A DNA stretch of 64,000 nt from Candidatus Poribacteria bacterium (GTDB taxonomy: Bacteria > Poribacteria > WGA-4E > UBA9662): assembly GCA_002709695.1 (NCBI GenBank), contig PAQF01000079.1:4448-68447 (forward strand). The letters are read 5' to 3'. The position numbers and the translations under genes were made by a program. Positions within the stretch are counted from its first letter, which is position 1. Each line of letters starts with the position of its first letter. Below are positions 27,132-38,406 of the stretch, piece after piece. Below the pieces are notes generated by a model, which was given only the letters and a program-made list of their open reading frames with translations, was not told the DNA's origin and ran no database searches.

Positions 27132-28352
27132 GTGACAGGAAGGATGTTATCAAGTCACCAAGCTCGTTTATCTGTAGGAGAATTAGTTCCCTTATTGGCT
27201 ATGGTGATGGCGTTATCTGCACTTTCGATCGATATGATGTTACCAGCGGTCGCAACAATTGCAAAAGAACTAGGGGCAGCTAAAGAAAATGATGCTCAAT
27301 TGGTCATAGGAGTGATGTTCGTAGCTTTTTCAATCGGTCAGTTATTCTATGGGCCTTTGGCTGACATAATCGGTCGCAAACCTGCGTTTTACCTCGGTAT
27401 CTTCATCTTCATCATTGGCTGTATCATTTCCTACCAAGCTGCCAATTTTCAAGCCATGTTGTTCGGGCGTCTACTACAAGGTTTAGGTGCCTCCTCGGCT
27501 CGAATTGTATCACAAGCAATAATTCGTGATCAGTATGTAGGAGAAGATATGGCTAAGATTATGTCAATGATAATAAGTGTCTTCATTATTGTTCCAGTTT
27601 TAGCTCCTAGCCTCGGGCAATTGATTCTGAAAAGGTATAGCTATCGGGCAATTTTTTTGTTTTTGCTTATCCATGCCATTGTAGTTGTTTTCTGGTTAGG
27701 TCTGCGACAGCCAGAAACACTTACAATAGAGAATCGAAAAAGTTTTGATTTAGGCCTGCTCTTAAAAGAAATTTGTTTGGTTTTGAAAGTGAAGTCAACT
27801 TTTCTTTTTACTCTAGCTCAAGGCTTTGTCTTCGCTAATATGGTGGCATTTCTAGTGTCTGCACCGCAGATCTTTGCTGATATTTATCAAGAAAAAGAGC
27901 GTTTCCCTCTTTTTTTTGCTGGTTTAGCGATATCTGTTGGGGTGTCTTCGGTGTTGAACTCCCGACTAGTAAATAGACTAGGTATGATGAGGTTAGCATC
28001 AGTCGGACTTGTGATTATGATTAGTTTCTCGTCGCTGTTTTTGGCTTATATATTTTTTGAGCAGGGACATCCTCCCTTGTGGGTAACTATGCTTTTTTTG
28101 AGTTGTCTTTTCTTTCAGTTGGGTTTCTTGATGGGTAACTTGAATGCTATGGCAATGAAACCCATGGGGGACAGGGCCGGAATAGCCGCGACTGTTATAG
28201 GAGGGATATCTACATCAATTTCGTGGGGCTGTGGAACCATTGTCGGCCAAAATTACCAGAAGACGATAGTTCCACTAATCACTGGGTGGTTCTTGCTTAG
28301 TACATTGGCATTTATCGCAATATGTCTTGGAGCAGTTGTAGATAGAGAATAA
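27132..28352 (+). CDS. MFS transporter, Bcr/CflA-like drug/H+ antiporter
   Basis: 12-TM-like hydrophobicity. Contains GPLADIIGRKP (MFS motif A) and LLQGLGAS. Confidence 0.8.
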   Translation: MTGRMLSSHQARLSVGELVPLLAMVMALSALSIDMMLPAVATIAKELGAAKENDAQLVIGVMFVAFSIGQLFYGPLADIIGRKPAFYLGIFIFIIGCIISYQAANFQAMLFGRLLQGLGASSARIVSQAIIRDQYVGEDMAKIMSMIISVFIIVPVLAPSLGQLILKRYSYRAIFLFLLIHAIVVVFWLGLRQPETLTIENRKSFDLGLLLKEICLVLKVKSTFLFTLAQGFVFANMVAFLVSAPQIFADIYQEKERFPLFFAGLAISVGVSSVLNSRLVNRLGMMRLASVGLVIMISFSSLFLAYIFFEQGHPPLWVTMLFLSCLFFQLGFLMGNLNAMAMKPMGDRAGIAATVIGGISTSISWGCGTIVGQNYQKTIVPLITGWFLLSTLAFIAICLGAVVDRE

Positions 28353-28753
28353 ATCCATATTTCACTGTAATCAATATGTTAATTATTTTAGAGAATAACC
28401 AATAGAAACAGTTAATTTGCAATAAAAACTTTATGCGATACTTTTAGGTCTTTCATTTTATTTGTTAGTAGTTAAATCATTCATTATGTGTAGCAAAAAT
28501 AAACTATTATTTTGAATCGAATATTCATCTGCCATATTCCTAGTCATAGTTAGCAGCAGGTTTCCAAAGTATTTCGTCCAATTTATCGATGGACACTGGG
28601 AGTTTAATAGAACTTCCCTGTTGCAAACGGGTCTATACAGATTATCCTGACTAAGCTTGTGAGCAACTTAGGATGAGCTTCAGCTTCTTACAAAAATTTG
28701 ATCATTAAAATACATTCTTCTGATTTCTAATCTTTGGTTGAATAGGAGCACGA

Positions 28754-29305
28754 TTGGTGAGAGTTTTAAATAGATTTTCCGTTTGGTTTTTATTTATTTT
28801 TGTAACAAATGGTTTGTATGCTCAAGAATTTTCAGAAAGAAGCAAGTTAATTGGAACAGAACTTCTCTCTTTAGTTTTTGGTGGTTACCTTGGTCATTAC
28901 AGTTCTATTTTCAATGATGGTAAATACGAGGTAGGACTTGGAGTCGGCTATTTTAATCCAGAAGGCGATAATGTTACTGCCACTGGCATTTACCCATCAT
29001 TACGCATTTATCATAATGGTAAAGGCAAGGGAACGTATTATGAGTCAGGTCTTGGGGGTGGGAATTTTAGTTGGGATTATCAAATCGCTTCTGAAACAGT
29101 AGCTAAATTGTTGTTTTTCCCATCAGTGTATATAGGATATAGAGTGAGCTGGAACTTTGGACTTGCCATCTCACCATATATAGGAGTGAATTATGTAATA
29201 GGCAAGCTTGAAGCTAGAGATGGAACTGTAGCCAAATTTGGAGGTAATAGGCTTGACGGTGGTTTAAGCCCAGCATTAGGTCTTGAACTAGGATACATGT
29301 TCTAA
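28754..29305 (+). CDS. Small outer-membrane beta-barrel-like protein
   Basis: Signal peptide, alternating G/Y-rich strands, and a C-terminal GLELGYMF ending in Phe. Confidence 0.45.
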   Translation: MVRVLNRFSVWFLFIFVTNGLYAQEFSERSKLIGTELLSLVFGGYLGHYSSIFNDGKYEVGLGVGYFNPEGDNVTATGIYPSLRIYHNGKGKGTYYESGLGGGNFSWDYQIASETVAKLLFFPSVYIGYRVSWNFGLAISPYIGVNYVIGKLEARDGTVAKFGGNRLDGGLSPALGLELGYMF

Positions 29306-29467
29306 TGAAGTAGATAATGTAGCATGAGGGGCCATTGAAAGGAATATACTACCTTCGTACTGGAAAATCATCTGACGCTATGTATGTAGGTGCTACATAC
29401 ACGGGGGGATTGGCCGACTTCGCCTGACTTTGGTGTAGGCTTTCTATACCAATTTCTAATCCGCTAC

Positions 29468-30766
29468 TCACAGAGCGGCGTCGCCGACCTGCGCCATGTC
29501 AATGCTATGTAGCCCTGGCAGGTGTGTATGCCAATCCATACAGATGGGATAATTAGCCGGATAATCGGGAGCGGGCAGACCAATAGCTCGTTGGGCAACT
29601 AATTGTCGATCTCCAATAGCAGTTATGGTCTTCCTTAGATAATCCATCCGTACTATTGTTTCACTCTGATAAAGGCTAATCGCATCCACATTAGCCTGAT
29701 ATTGTTTGTCCATCCAGTCGTAAACCGGTTGCGGGTGGAAAAAACCGGTATTTTGCTGCACCCGGTTTTCAATTAGTTTCTTGGATCCTACGCCACCAAT
29801 ACACATCTTGTTATGCCGATGCGCAACTTTTACATGATAAGCATGATAGTGTTCAGGATCGTCTCTGCAAATAGGAAATGGGCTTAACATCAGCCCATCA
29901 ATCAGATCCTCAGCACACCATCTTTCAATATCCAACCCATAGGCAATCATCAACCAAGGCGCGTTATCTGGAACACGAGGGATAATGGGGCAGGGCGACC
30001 CTAGCCTCCGTTCCTGCTCCTGTACTGCGATCCTCAAACGCTGCATAAACTTGGTTAGGACATCGGCCCGATACTGAAACCAGGCCCGAAAGTCATCGGG
30101 GTTGTGGGATTGGATCTGCCGTGGATCGGTCCCGTGTTTTACCATGAAAGGTTCGACCAATGTAGGATGGTACATTAGTATAGGGATCTGCCGACAATAA
30201 TCGAGCACTAATCCATCGACGCCGATACGCTGGATTTCTAACAGTATGTCGATGCGTTCCTGTTGAACCTCTTCAGCAGCGTAACAGAGTCGATGTGGTA
30301 CTGGATTACCCAATTTTGTCTTTTCGTGCAGGTGAGGATTGTCGTAGGCGAAGCGAGAAGTTACGCCGGCATAATCGGCTGAGCCGTAATGGCGGTTCAT
30401 ACCCAAGCGGCCCAGTATCGGCATGCCACGATCTCCACAAAGAGAGATGGCCTGTCGGAGCGGACAGATCTGTTCCATAACACGTGTTACAAATGACCAA
30501 TCCTGACCGCCCACCAAATGGCTGTCAACACATTGCATGGTAACATGAGGGAGATCCGACCAATAATCTACCACCGAACGCCCACAGTTCCACGCCAAAT
30601 GGTTGATGCCCCACTGCTGGTGCAAATTGATGCATTGCTCAATTGCTTCGGGCCCAGGGCAGGGTTGATCATAGTTAGCATAGTAGCACATCCATTCAGG
30701 AATTCCCAGTACCGGACGGTGTGGGGTTTGGGGGGCTACTGGAACAGGGTTAAACTCAGTTTTCAT
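29468..30766 (-). CDS. Hypothetical protein (possibly glycoside-hydrolase-like TIM barrel)
   Basis: 432-aa ORF, GC-richer than its neighbours, with no motif I can name. The TIM-barrel idea rests only on the alternating pattern and the genomic context. Confidence 0.3.
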   Translation of the reverse strand: MKTEFNPVPVAPQTPHRPVLGIPEWMCYYANYDQPCPGPEAIEQCINLHQQWGINHLAWNCGRSVVDYWSDLPHVTMQCVDSHLVGGQDWSFVTRVMEQICPLRQAISLCGDRGMPILGRLGMNRHYGSADYAGVTSRFAYDNPHLHEKTKLGNPVPHRLCYAAEEVQQERIDILLEIQRIGVDGLVLDYCRQIPILMYHPTLVEPFMVKHGTDPRQIQSHNPDDFRAWFQYRADVLTKFMQRLRIAVQEQERRLGSPCPIIPRVPDNAPWLMIAYGLDIERWCAEDLIDGLMLSPFPICRDDPEHYHAYHVKVAHRHNKMCIGGVGSKKLIENRVQQNTGFFHPQPVYDWMDKQYQANVDAISLYQSETIVRMDYLRKTITAIGDRQLVAQRAIGLPAPDYPANYPICMDWHTHLPGLHSIDMAQVGDAAL

Positions 30767-31030
30767 AAGAATGATTTACTAGAAATAAGATATGTTGACT
30801 TTTACCACTTCTTTTGGTGTCAAATTGTTTTCCTCAGGAGAAATCAAACTGTAGGTTATCCACATATGGACAGATTGGCATGATACAGTACACTCTTCAA
30901 ATTTATCTGCCTCCCTGCTACACTAGAGGTTATTTTATCGCTGTGACTGTTGGTGCTAAGAATTCCCATTGACAGATTCTATCATGATCATGGTTTCTAG
31001 GTAAAGAGGCAGGTCGATCTAAGACTGTAG

Positions 31031-31105
31031 CATAGACAAAACCATCCCACTCAGACCAATGAGGATGGGTTATGCAGCTTAAGTTTTAGACTCTAGTAGT
31101 AAGAG
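31031..31105. repeat. Dispersed intergenic repeat family R2, copy 1
   Basis: cagaccaatgaggatgggttatgcagcttaagttttagactctagtagtaagag aligns with 34480-34533 (catgaccaacgtgggtggttcatgcaactttggttttagagtctagctgaaggg). Confidence 0.65.
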
Positions 31106-31204
31106 ATACAACACTTTACTATACTGTCTCGGGACCTACTCTCACACACTCTACCATAATACAGAAACCAAAGAAAAATAGCCGAAATCTTAAACTTGGT
31201 AGTT

Positions 31205-32164
31205 CTAGTCGGCTATGGTTGCCCCTTTAGCTAACCCTGTTTGCCACTCGTTTCCTTTTTTTCCAGCATACAACATGTAGTAGTAGCCATCCATATGAAA
31301 AACTTGTGGTGTTAATAGGCCATCTCTATCCCAAGTCGCTGAATGGCGGTCGGGGGACAAAATGGGATTTTGGGGGTTGAATTCAAAATTAAGAAAGTCT
31401 TTGGTCCTTACATGGCCTATTCGCCAAACTTTACCATCTAACCCACCATAAAAAATATGGAAATAGCTCGGTCCAACCAGAATCTCTGCTTCACGGACAC
31501 CACAACTATCCCACGCCTGACCACTACCGATGAAAATTGGATTGGCTGGGTCTTTGCTTACATTCGCAGGATTGGTAGTTGGAGCAGTTGCGCGGCAAAT
31601 ATTAGGAGCATTGGCCGATTCACCCGTATAGATGATGTGTATTGTGTCGTTAACCACTGCAACAGACGGATGAGATGCCCCTTGACGTTCATATTCGGCA
31701 GTAGCAGCAATTACTGGCGACTGGACAACTCTCTGCCACTGACCAAAGTCCCCACTTTTACACACTATCAGTCCCGTCTGTTTAGGTGGCCGTTTTTGCC
31801 GGCCCAAATAGTAGGCATATAATTTATTATCAATCGGATTCAAAAATGGAAATGGATATTCAACAGTAAAATCGTCAAAGCCAAAATCAGCTGGCAGCAG
31901 CACTGGATTCCTAGGGTCGTGTTCAACTTGCCATGGTCTCTTGGTCGGGGCTGTGCTGTGCATTAGCATCCAGTAGTTATTCAGTTTTCGTCTGGCCCAT
32001 AAATAATGAACAGTGTCATCAATTACCATAGCATGGGCGGCTGCTCCCCATTCAGGTGGTTGACAAGCCAAAATCGGATTGACATCATCAAGAGGCTCAA
32101 AAACAGCGAATTTATCAAAAGGAATCGGTTCTTTTGGCATTGTGTCGAACGTAACATTAACCAT
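31205..32164 (-). CDS. Beta-propeller glycosidase-like protein (GH43/GH32/GH130-clan-like)
   Basis: Five blade-like repeats end in aromatic-rich strands (VHYLWARR, KLYAYYLG, IHIIYTG, YFHIFYGG, YYYMLYAG). No catalytic residues assigned. Confidence 0.4.
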   Translation of the reverse strand: MVNVTFDTMPKEPIPFDKFAVFEPLDDVNPILACQPPEWGAAAHAMVIDDTVHYLWARRKLNNYWMLMHSTAPTKRPWQVEHDPRNPVLLPADFGFDDFTVEYPFPFLNPIDNKLYAYYLGRQKRPPKQTGLIVCKSGDFGQWQRVVQSPVIAATAEYERQGASHPSVAVVNDTIHIIYTGESANAPNICRATAPTTNPANVSKDPANPIFIGSGQAWDSCGVREAEILVGPSYFHIFYGGLDGKVWRIGHVRTKDFLNFEFNPQNPILSPDRHSATWDRDGLLTPQVFHMDGYYYMLYAGKKGNEWQTGLAKGATIAD

Positions 32165-32483
32165 TTTATTTCTCCTAAAAAACTAAGTGTAGGTTATAAA
32201 CGATAATAAAAATGTGATTAATTGGATTGGTTGTTTCAGGCATAGGTTCGACGATGGTAATGATGGTATTTGTTAATGATAACGCATCGAAGCAATTGAG
32301 GAAGTTGGTCATTTCATGAGGATCTGTTTTTTTAATCGTATAGTTCAGTCTAAACACTAAATCTTCCGGCAGGTCATCGGTCGGTAAGAAGAAAGAGAAT
32401 GTTTCTCATGCTTGTAACAAACAAATTCTGAATTCAAGACATCCCAAGATAATAGTAGATCTCAGGCAAGCTCTGTAGCTTCA

Positions 32484-33266
32484 CTACAATTGTAAAGCAA
32501 GACTGCCCTTGTTTACCGCTTTGAGTCGCTGGGTATGGCTTAGCCTGTCAAAGAACTGACTAGTATCGTAGAGGAAGGCGTATTTTCCGTGGCGATCACA
32601 GCCCCTCTCAAGGGCAACACGATTGATCTCTTCGATGTTGGGATATCCACCCCAGAGGATACCAGCCTGACAATAGGATGTATCAATGAAGTAACGTTTG
32701 TAAACACTTCCTCCAGATTTAGGACGGCGGGCGTGTTGCAGTGCTGAATGAACGATGATAATGGAACCAGATGCTAAGTTGTCAACGGTACGGGAGCCGG
32801 GCAGATCTTTAAATTGGAACTGGCGAAAGGCATCGTTGTTCATGACTTTTTTATGCGTACCAGGCATAACCAGAAGATCGCCGACTTCACCGTTTAAGCC
32901 GTCCAGATACATAAAGACATGAACCATCACGTGTGAGCGGTTGGTTTGGGGGGGTTGCACATAGTCGTGATGCCATTGGGCACCACCTTCACCGGGCAGA
33001 TGCAAGCTTGCATGGATATGGTGATGAGTGAATTTTTGCCTGTCCATCAGATCGGCGACGCGATCTACGACACTCGGTTCAGAGGTTAACGGACCTAATT
33101 CTGGATAGGTCATCAGAATCGGTCGTTCACCTTTTTGGCGATCTACCATGAGTTGGTCAACGTCTGCTTTGAGGCGCTCGTTGAGGTCGTGGTCCAAGAG
33201 ACCTTCGAAGATAAGGTAGCCTTCTTGGCTAAAACAGTCAATGTCATCAAGTGTCAGATGGTTCAT
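32484..33266 (-). CDS. Phytanoyl-CoA dioxygenase (PhyH) family Fe(II)/2OG oxygenase
   Basis: N-terminus FSQEGYLIFEGLLD, WHHDY (HxD) and the distal His in VHSALQHARRP. Confidence 0.7.
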   Translation of the reverse strand: MNHLTLDDIDCFSQEGYLIFEGLLDHDLNERLKADVDQLMVDRQKGERPILMTYPELGPLTSEPSVVDRVADLMDRQKFTHHHIHASLHLPGEGGAQWHHDYVQPPQTNRSHVMVHVFMYLDGLNGEVGDLLVMPGTHKKVMNNDAFRQFQFKDLPGSRTVDNLASGSIIIVHSALQHARRPKSGGSVYKRYFIDTSYCQAGILWGGYPNIEEINRVALERGCDRHGKYAFLYDTSQFFDRLSHTQRLKAVNKGSLALQL

Positions 33267-33329
33267 AAAGACTCCGGAAAATTAACTATAAGAAATTACT
33301 ATAATGTTCTACGAGCACAAGATTTCTGC

Positions 33330-34206
33330 AACTTTTTGCGTAGTCAAGAATACATAAATTCTCCTTCATTTACTATTTTTTCCGGTCGTTGCCAAAAACC
33401 AGACATCTGGGAAGAACTTTTGACGTGCCTCAGGCAGACCGCCGATCAATACCGGATTCATGCATGGCTTGGGTTTCATGGAAATGAAACCATAACATGA
33501 TTATAAGCAATCAGGATGGCAAAGCGGCGGTTATCTGGATTTTTCCAATCAGCCCCCCCGTATGCCGTACGCCTTCTGCAGAACACAACGAGACTTCCCG
33601 ACGGACATCCATTAGGTTTCCCAAACTCCTGAGTGAGGATGGTCTGCTAGCCCAGACCATGTCCCATCCTGAACTGAGTCCAGATTGGCTTTATCCGAGC
33701 CTGAAACCAAGCACGTTCCACCCTGTCCTTTTTTGACTTCGTTCAGTTCCCAAACAATGCGTGTCATGCCGATGTAGATGCAACCGTTGTAAAAACGATA
33801 TACAAAGGGAGGTTGGAGATTCATCTCGCCTACATTTGGTTGCTATGCTCCCCCGTGTGTTCAGCAGAACGACTGGAGATGAAGACACTTTCGAGACAAA
33901 TACATTCCCGTCTTGGATCGATCACCTCCTGTGAGATGTCCATGACTCGTGGGCGGTCAATGAAGAATTCCATCGGTCCGACAATCGGTGTTCGATGATG
34001 TTCAGGAAAGCTTTCGCGATTTTTTGCGTAGATCTCAGTGTGCTCGCTCACTCTGTTCGGATTTCTTCGTTGGTAAGGACATTTGGGATAACGAAAAAGC
34101 CCTTGAGCTCAAAGAGAAACTTTTCGTAATCAGACATGGAATAAATTGTAGGTGGCTCAGGGTAAGCCGAGCCAGGGGAAGGTGCAGTTGCATTTATTCC
34201 ACTCAT
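33330..34206 (-). pseudogene. PhyH-family dioxygenase pseudogene (multiple frameshifts)
   Basis: GGAGGG + ATG (34206) opens MSGINATAPSPGSAYPEPPTIYSMSDYEKFLFELKGFFVIPNVLTNEEIRTE*. The PhyH-like sequence continues in two other frames (ORFs 33830-34051 and 33612-33824, including GGTCLVSGSDK). The 3' limit is approximate. Confidence 0.65.
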
Positions 34207-34479
34207 AGAAACCCTCCGTTGCAAGGTTCTAATCCCGGTAGTTTTTCACCCAAATTTGTCAACATAGCTGGTTTCTGATGCGTGTGCTCCTAGTCTCTCA
34301 GGTCACCGGACCATCGTAGTGTGGGGCGATTTGCCTAGAATATACCACAATTATAGTTGCTAGGTAAAGAAATAGGATATAATGAAACATTTGATTTGAT
34401 ACTAGCTAACTACTAATTTGCTTGGTAGAAAACTTCGGTTTTAACCAGGATATAGACTAACACTAACCTGAAGCTTAGT

Positions 34480-34533
34480 CATGACCAACGTGGGTGGTTC
34501 ATGCAACTTTGGTTTTAGAGTCTAGCTGAAGGG
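34480..34533. repeat. Dispersed intergenic repeat family R2, copy 2
   Basis: See 31031-31105. Both copies lie about 250-330 nt upstream of a minus-strand start codon (30766 and 34206). Confidence 0.65.
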
Positions 34534-35141
34534 TATTGCCATGTTTGAAGATGGAAGAATACCAATACAACAACTAATTTATGAACTAATGGTAAATCGG
34601 TAAAAACCGAACTACTCACAGTAAAAGGTAAGCGGACCTATTGCACGTCTAACACACAACGGAAGGGGTTGAGCTATAATATTAAGATTATACCAATCAG
34701 TACACCAATCAGAAAAATTGCCCACCATTCTTATAGGGGCGGCTGGGATTGTTTTGGAACTGGCAGATTACGTTGGCGAACTGGCAACCTGTACTTGCTA
34801 GAAAAGCGGAGTTAAAAATATGTAGAGAAATGTGGTGTCTGATAAAGCATATAATATCGTAAACACCCGTTCTCTAAAAGGACTTAGAACTGCAGAACCA
34901 GAAGAGCAAGTAATTTACTTTTGGAAAGGATCCAATGTAATTTTAATTGTATACTTTTATTAGTTTTTTTGATGTTTATCCTTACACTCTTCAATCGTGG
35001 ATGCCACTTTATCGGCTAAGAAGACTAATTAGCAACGATTGATGCCTAAACCAAGCAAAAAATAACCATAATGAGAATTCTCGGCCGTTAAAGTCTGAAA
35101 TGGCAACCCGGTCAATTGGTCAATCTGAAAGGAGCAATAAA

Positions 35142-36527
35142 ATGAATTTGACCAAACAGCCTCCTCGTCGCCCGACTAACTTATCTATGGCTGGAATTGT
35201 GGGTTTAGCTCGTATGACTGACAAGGCCCGAGCCTATAACAATGAAACAATAGGCCAATATCTGTATGGAGAGGATTCAACTTTGGATCGACGCATCCTC
35301 AGTTTCCTGGGGCTGACAGCTGTAACCTTCGCTCAGGTTACAGACGACGGGCCGTACGCAGGTAATTCGTGGAGTATAAAAGATGATACTAAACTAGAGC
35401 AATGGGTAGCTGAACGAAGCAATAAATCATTGGATGAGATTACCGCCTTTAACCAATCAGAACTAGATCGAGTACCTACTGACGATTGGCAAGTTCAATT
35501 ATTGAAAGAACGGATAGACAAATATGCACCCAACCGAACAAATATCAAAACAGTATTACAGTCAATAGAACTCGATGACTGGGGGGGTTGGGAAGTCGAT
35601 TTGCAAGTGTGTCCGCCTCGTAGTCCCTATAACCGAGATGTAGCAGGCTTATTTGGCCTAGCTCGAATGGCTGACAAAGCGCGTGCTAGTCGTTGTCAAA
35701 AAAATGGCGACTACAAGTACGGTGAATCATCAAGCTTTGATCAGTACCTATTGGAGCTTATTGACATAGAGGCTGACCAATTCCAACAAGCAGCGGTGGC
35801 CAATCCAAATGATATAGAATTGGCAGAATGGGTGCTGTCGTATACCAACATCAATAAATTGGCCTTACCTCTCTATAACCAACAAGCTAAATCTTTTGGC
35901 TTACAAGCACATTTAGAATCTGATCCCGGTAAACCCTATTTTGCTCATTTCCATCGAGAGAATTTCGATAAAAGGCGAGAAATCGTCTCCTCAGGAGATA
36001 CAACGATTCAGAACTGGCTTGACCTGATGGATTACGATGACCAGAAAAGTTTCGGTATCATTGATCTAGCCCGACGCCCCCCACGAAGTCCTTACAACCA
36101 GGATCTTGGTGGTATAGTTTACTTGGCACGTTTAGTTGATAAAGGTCGAGCATTCAATAGCCAAACACTCGGTGAGTATTGGTATGGCAGAAACTCTGGC
36201 AATGACCTTCAGCTACTCCGTTTTCTAAACATACCAGTGGATGAATTCACCGAACAACTGCAAAAATTATCCACAGATCAAGAAGTACTAGAATGGGTAA
36301 TGAAACAAGCCACTATAAACGAAGAAAAAATAGCTGAATTTAACAAAAAGTTTCAAATGGTCAACTTCGAACAAATGCTCTCAAATTATGGGCCTAAAGA
36401 GAAGCGACGTGAGTTGTTCGCTCGCGATACAGTTAAGCTTTTTGGTTTAGACCCGGAGGCAGTTAATATTAAGATCTTCTTCGATTTAATGGTTTTGTCA
36501 GATCAAAAAATCTTTCAATTTCCTTAG
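35142..36527 (+). CDS. Protein made of three tandem DUF5069-like domains
   Basis: The block PPR(R/S)P-x6-9-G-x4-LAR(M/L)xDK(A/G)RA ... G(Q/D/E)Y.YG ... L.(F/L)L is repeated three times. The repeats start at residues 21, 172 and 327 of the tracked ORF (nt 35160, 35613, 36078). AAAGGAG lies 7 nt before the ATG at 35142. Confidence 0.6.
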   Translation: MNLTKQPPRRPTNLSMAGIVGLARMTDKARAYNNETIGQYLYGEDSTLDRRILSFLGLTAVTFAQVTDDGPYAGNSWSIKDDTKLEQWVAERSNKSLDEITAFNQSELDRVPTDDWQVQLLKERIDKYAPNRTNIKTVLQSIELDDWGGWEVDLQVCPPRSPYNRDVAGLFGLARMADKARASRCQKNGDYKYGESSSFDQYLLELIDIEADQFQQAAVANPNDIELAEWVLSYTNINKLALPLYNQQAKSFGLQAHLESDPGKPYFAHFHRENFDKRREIVSSGDTTIQNWLDLMDYDDQKSFGIIDLARRPPRSPYNQDLGGIVYLARLVDKGRAFNSQTLGEYWYGRNSGNDLQLLRFLNIPVDEFTEQLQKLSTDQEVLEWVMKQATINEEKIAEFNKKFQMVNFEQMLSNYGPKEKRRELFARDTVKLFGLDPEAVNIKIFFDLMVLSDQKIFQFP

Positions 36528-36564
36528 TAGCCGCATCATTTTGATGGCAAATGAGATTTCTCCA

Positions 36565-36603
36565 CCCTATACATGAGTTATCTTTTGTGCAGGTTTCAGT
36601 AAT
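36565..36603. repeat. Dispersed intergenic repeat family R3, copy 1
   Basis: ccctatacatgagttatcttttgtgcaggtttcagtaat matches 43224-43262 ccccgtacactagttatcttttgcgcgggtttgagtaat at 32 of 39 positions. Confidence 0.6.
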
Positions 36604-36680
36604 GGGACTAAGAGCTCAAGTTTTTAGAAAATGATTCCAGACATTGCCCACTTTATAGAACCTACCAAGTTATGTATTAA

Positions 36681-38237
<1,557 letters not shown>

Positions 38238-38406
38238 AACGGCAATCATTCCCACGAGAGGGTCTTAACTTAGCACTATTTCTGGCAAAGCTGTGTGGCA
38301 AAACAATTCTGGGCGAGTTCGGCTGTCGCCAACAAGCAAAAAGACTCTCGACGAATTGCCATAAGTCCTTGTTTTTATAGTACACCCAAAAGGATAAAAA
38401 AAACCC

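Noticed and set aside
29382-29400. Hairpin gtatgtag-gtg-ctacatac between convergent genes, as a possible terminator
   Set aside because: The stem is only 8 bp with a 3-nt loop, and no U-tract follows on either strand. This is too weak to call.
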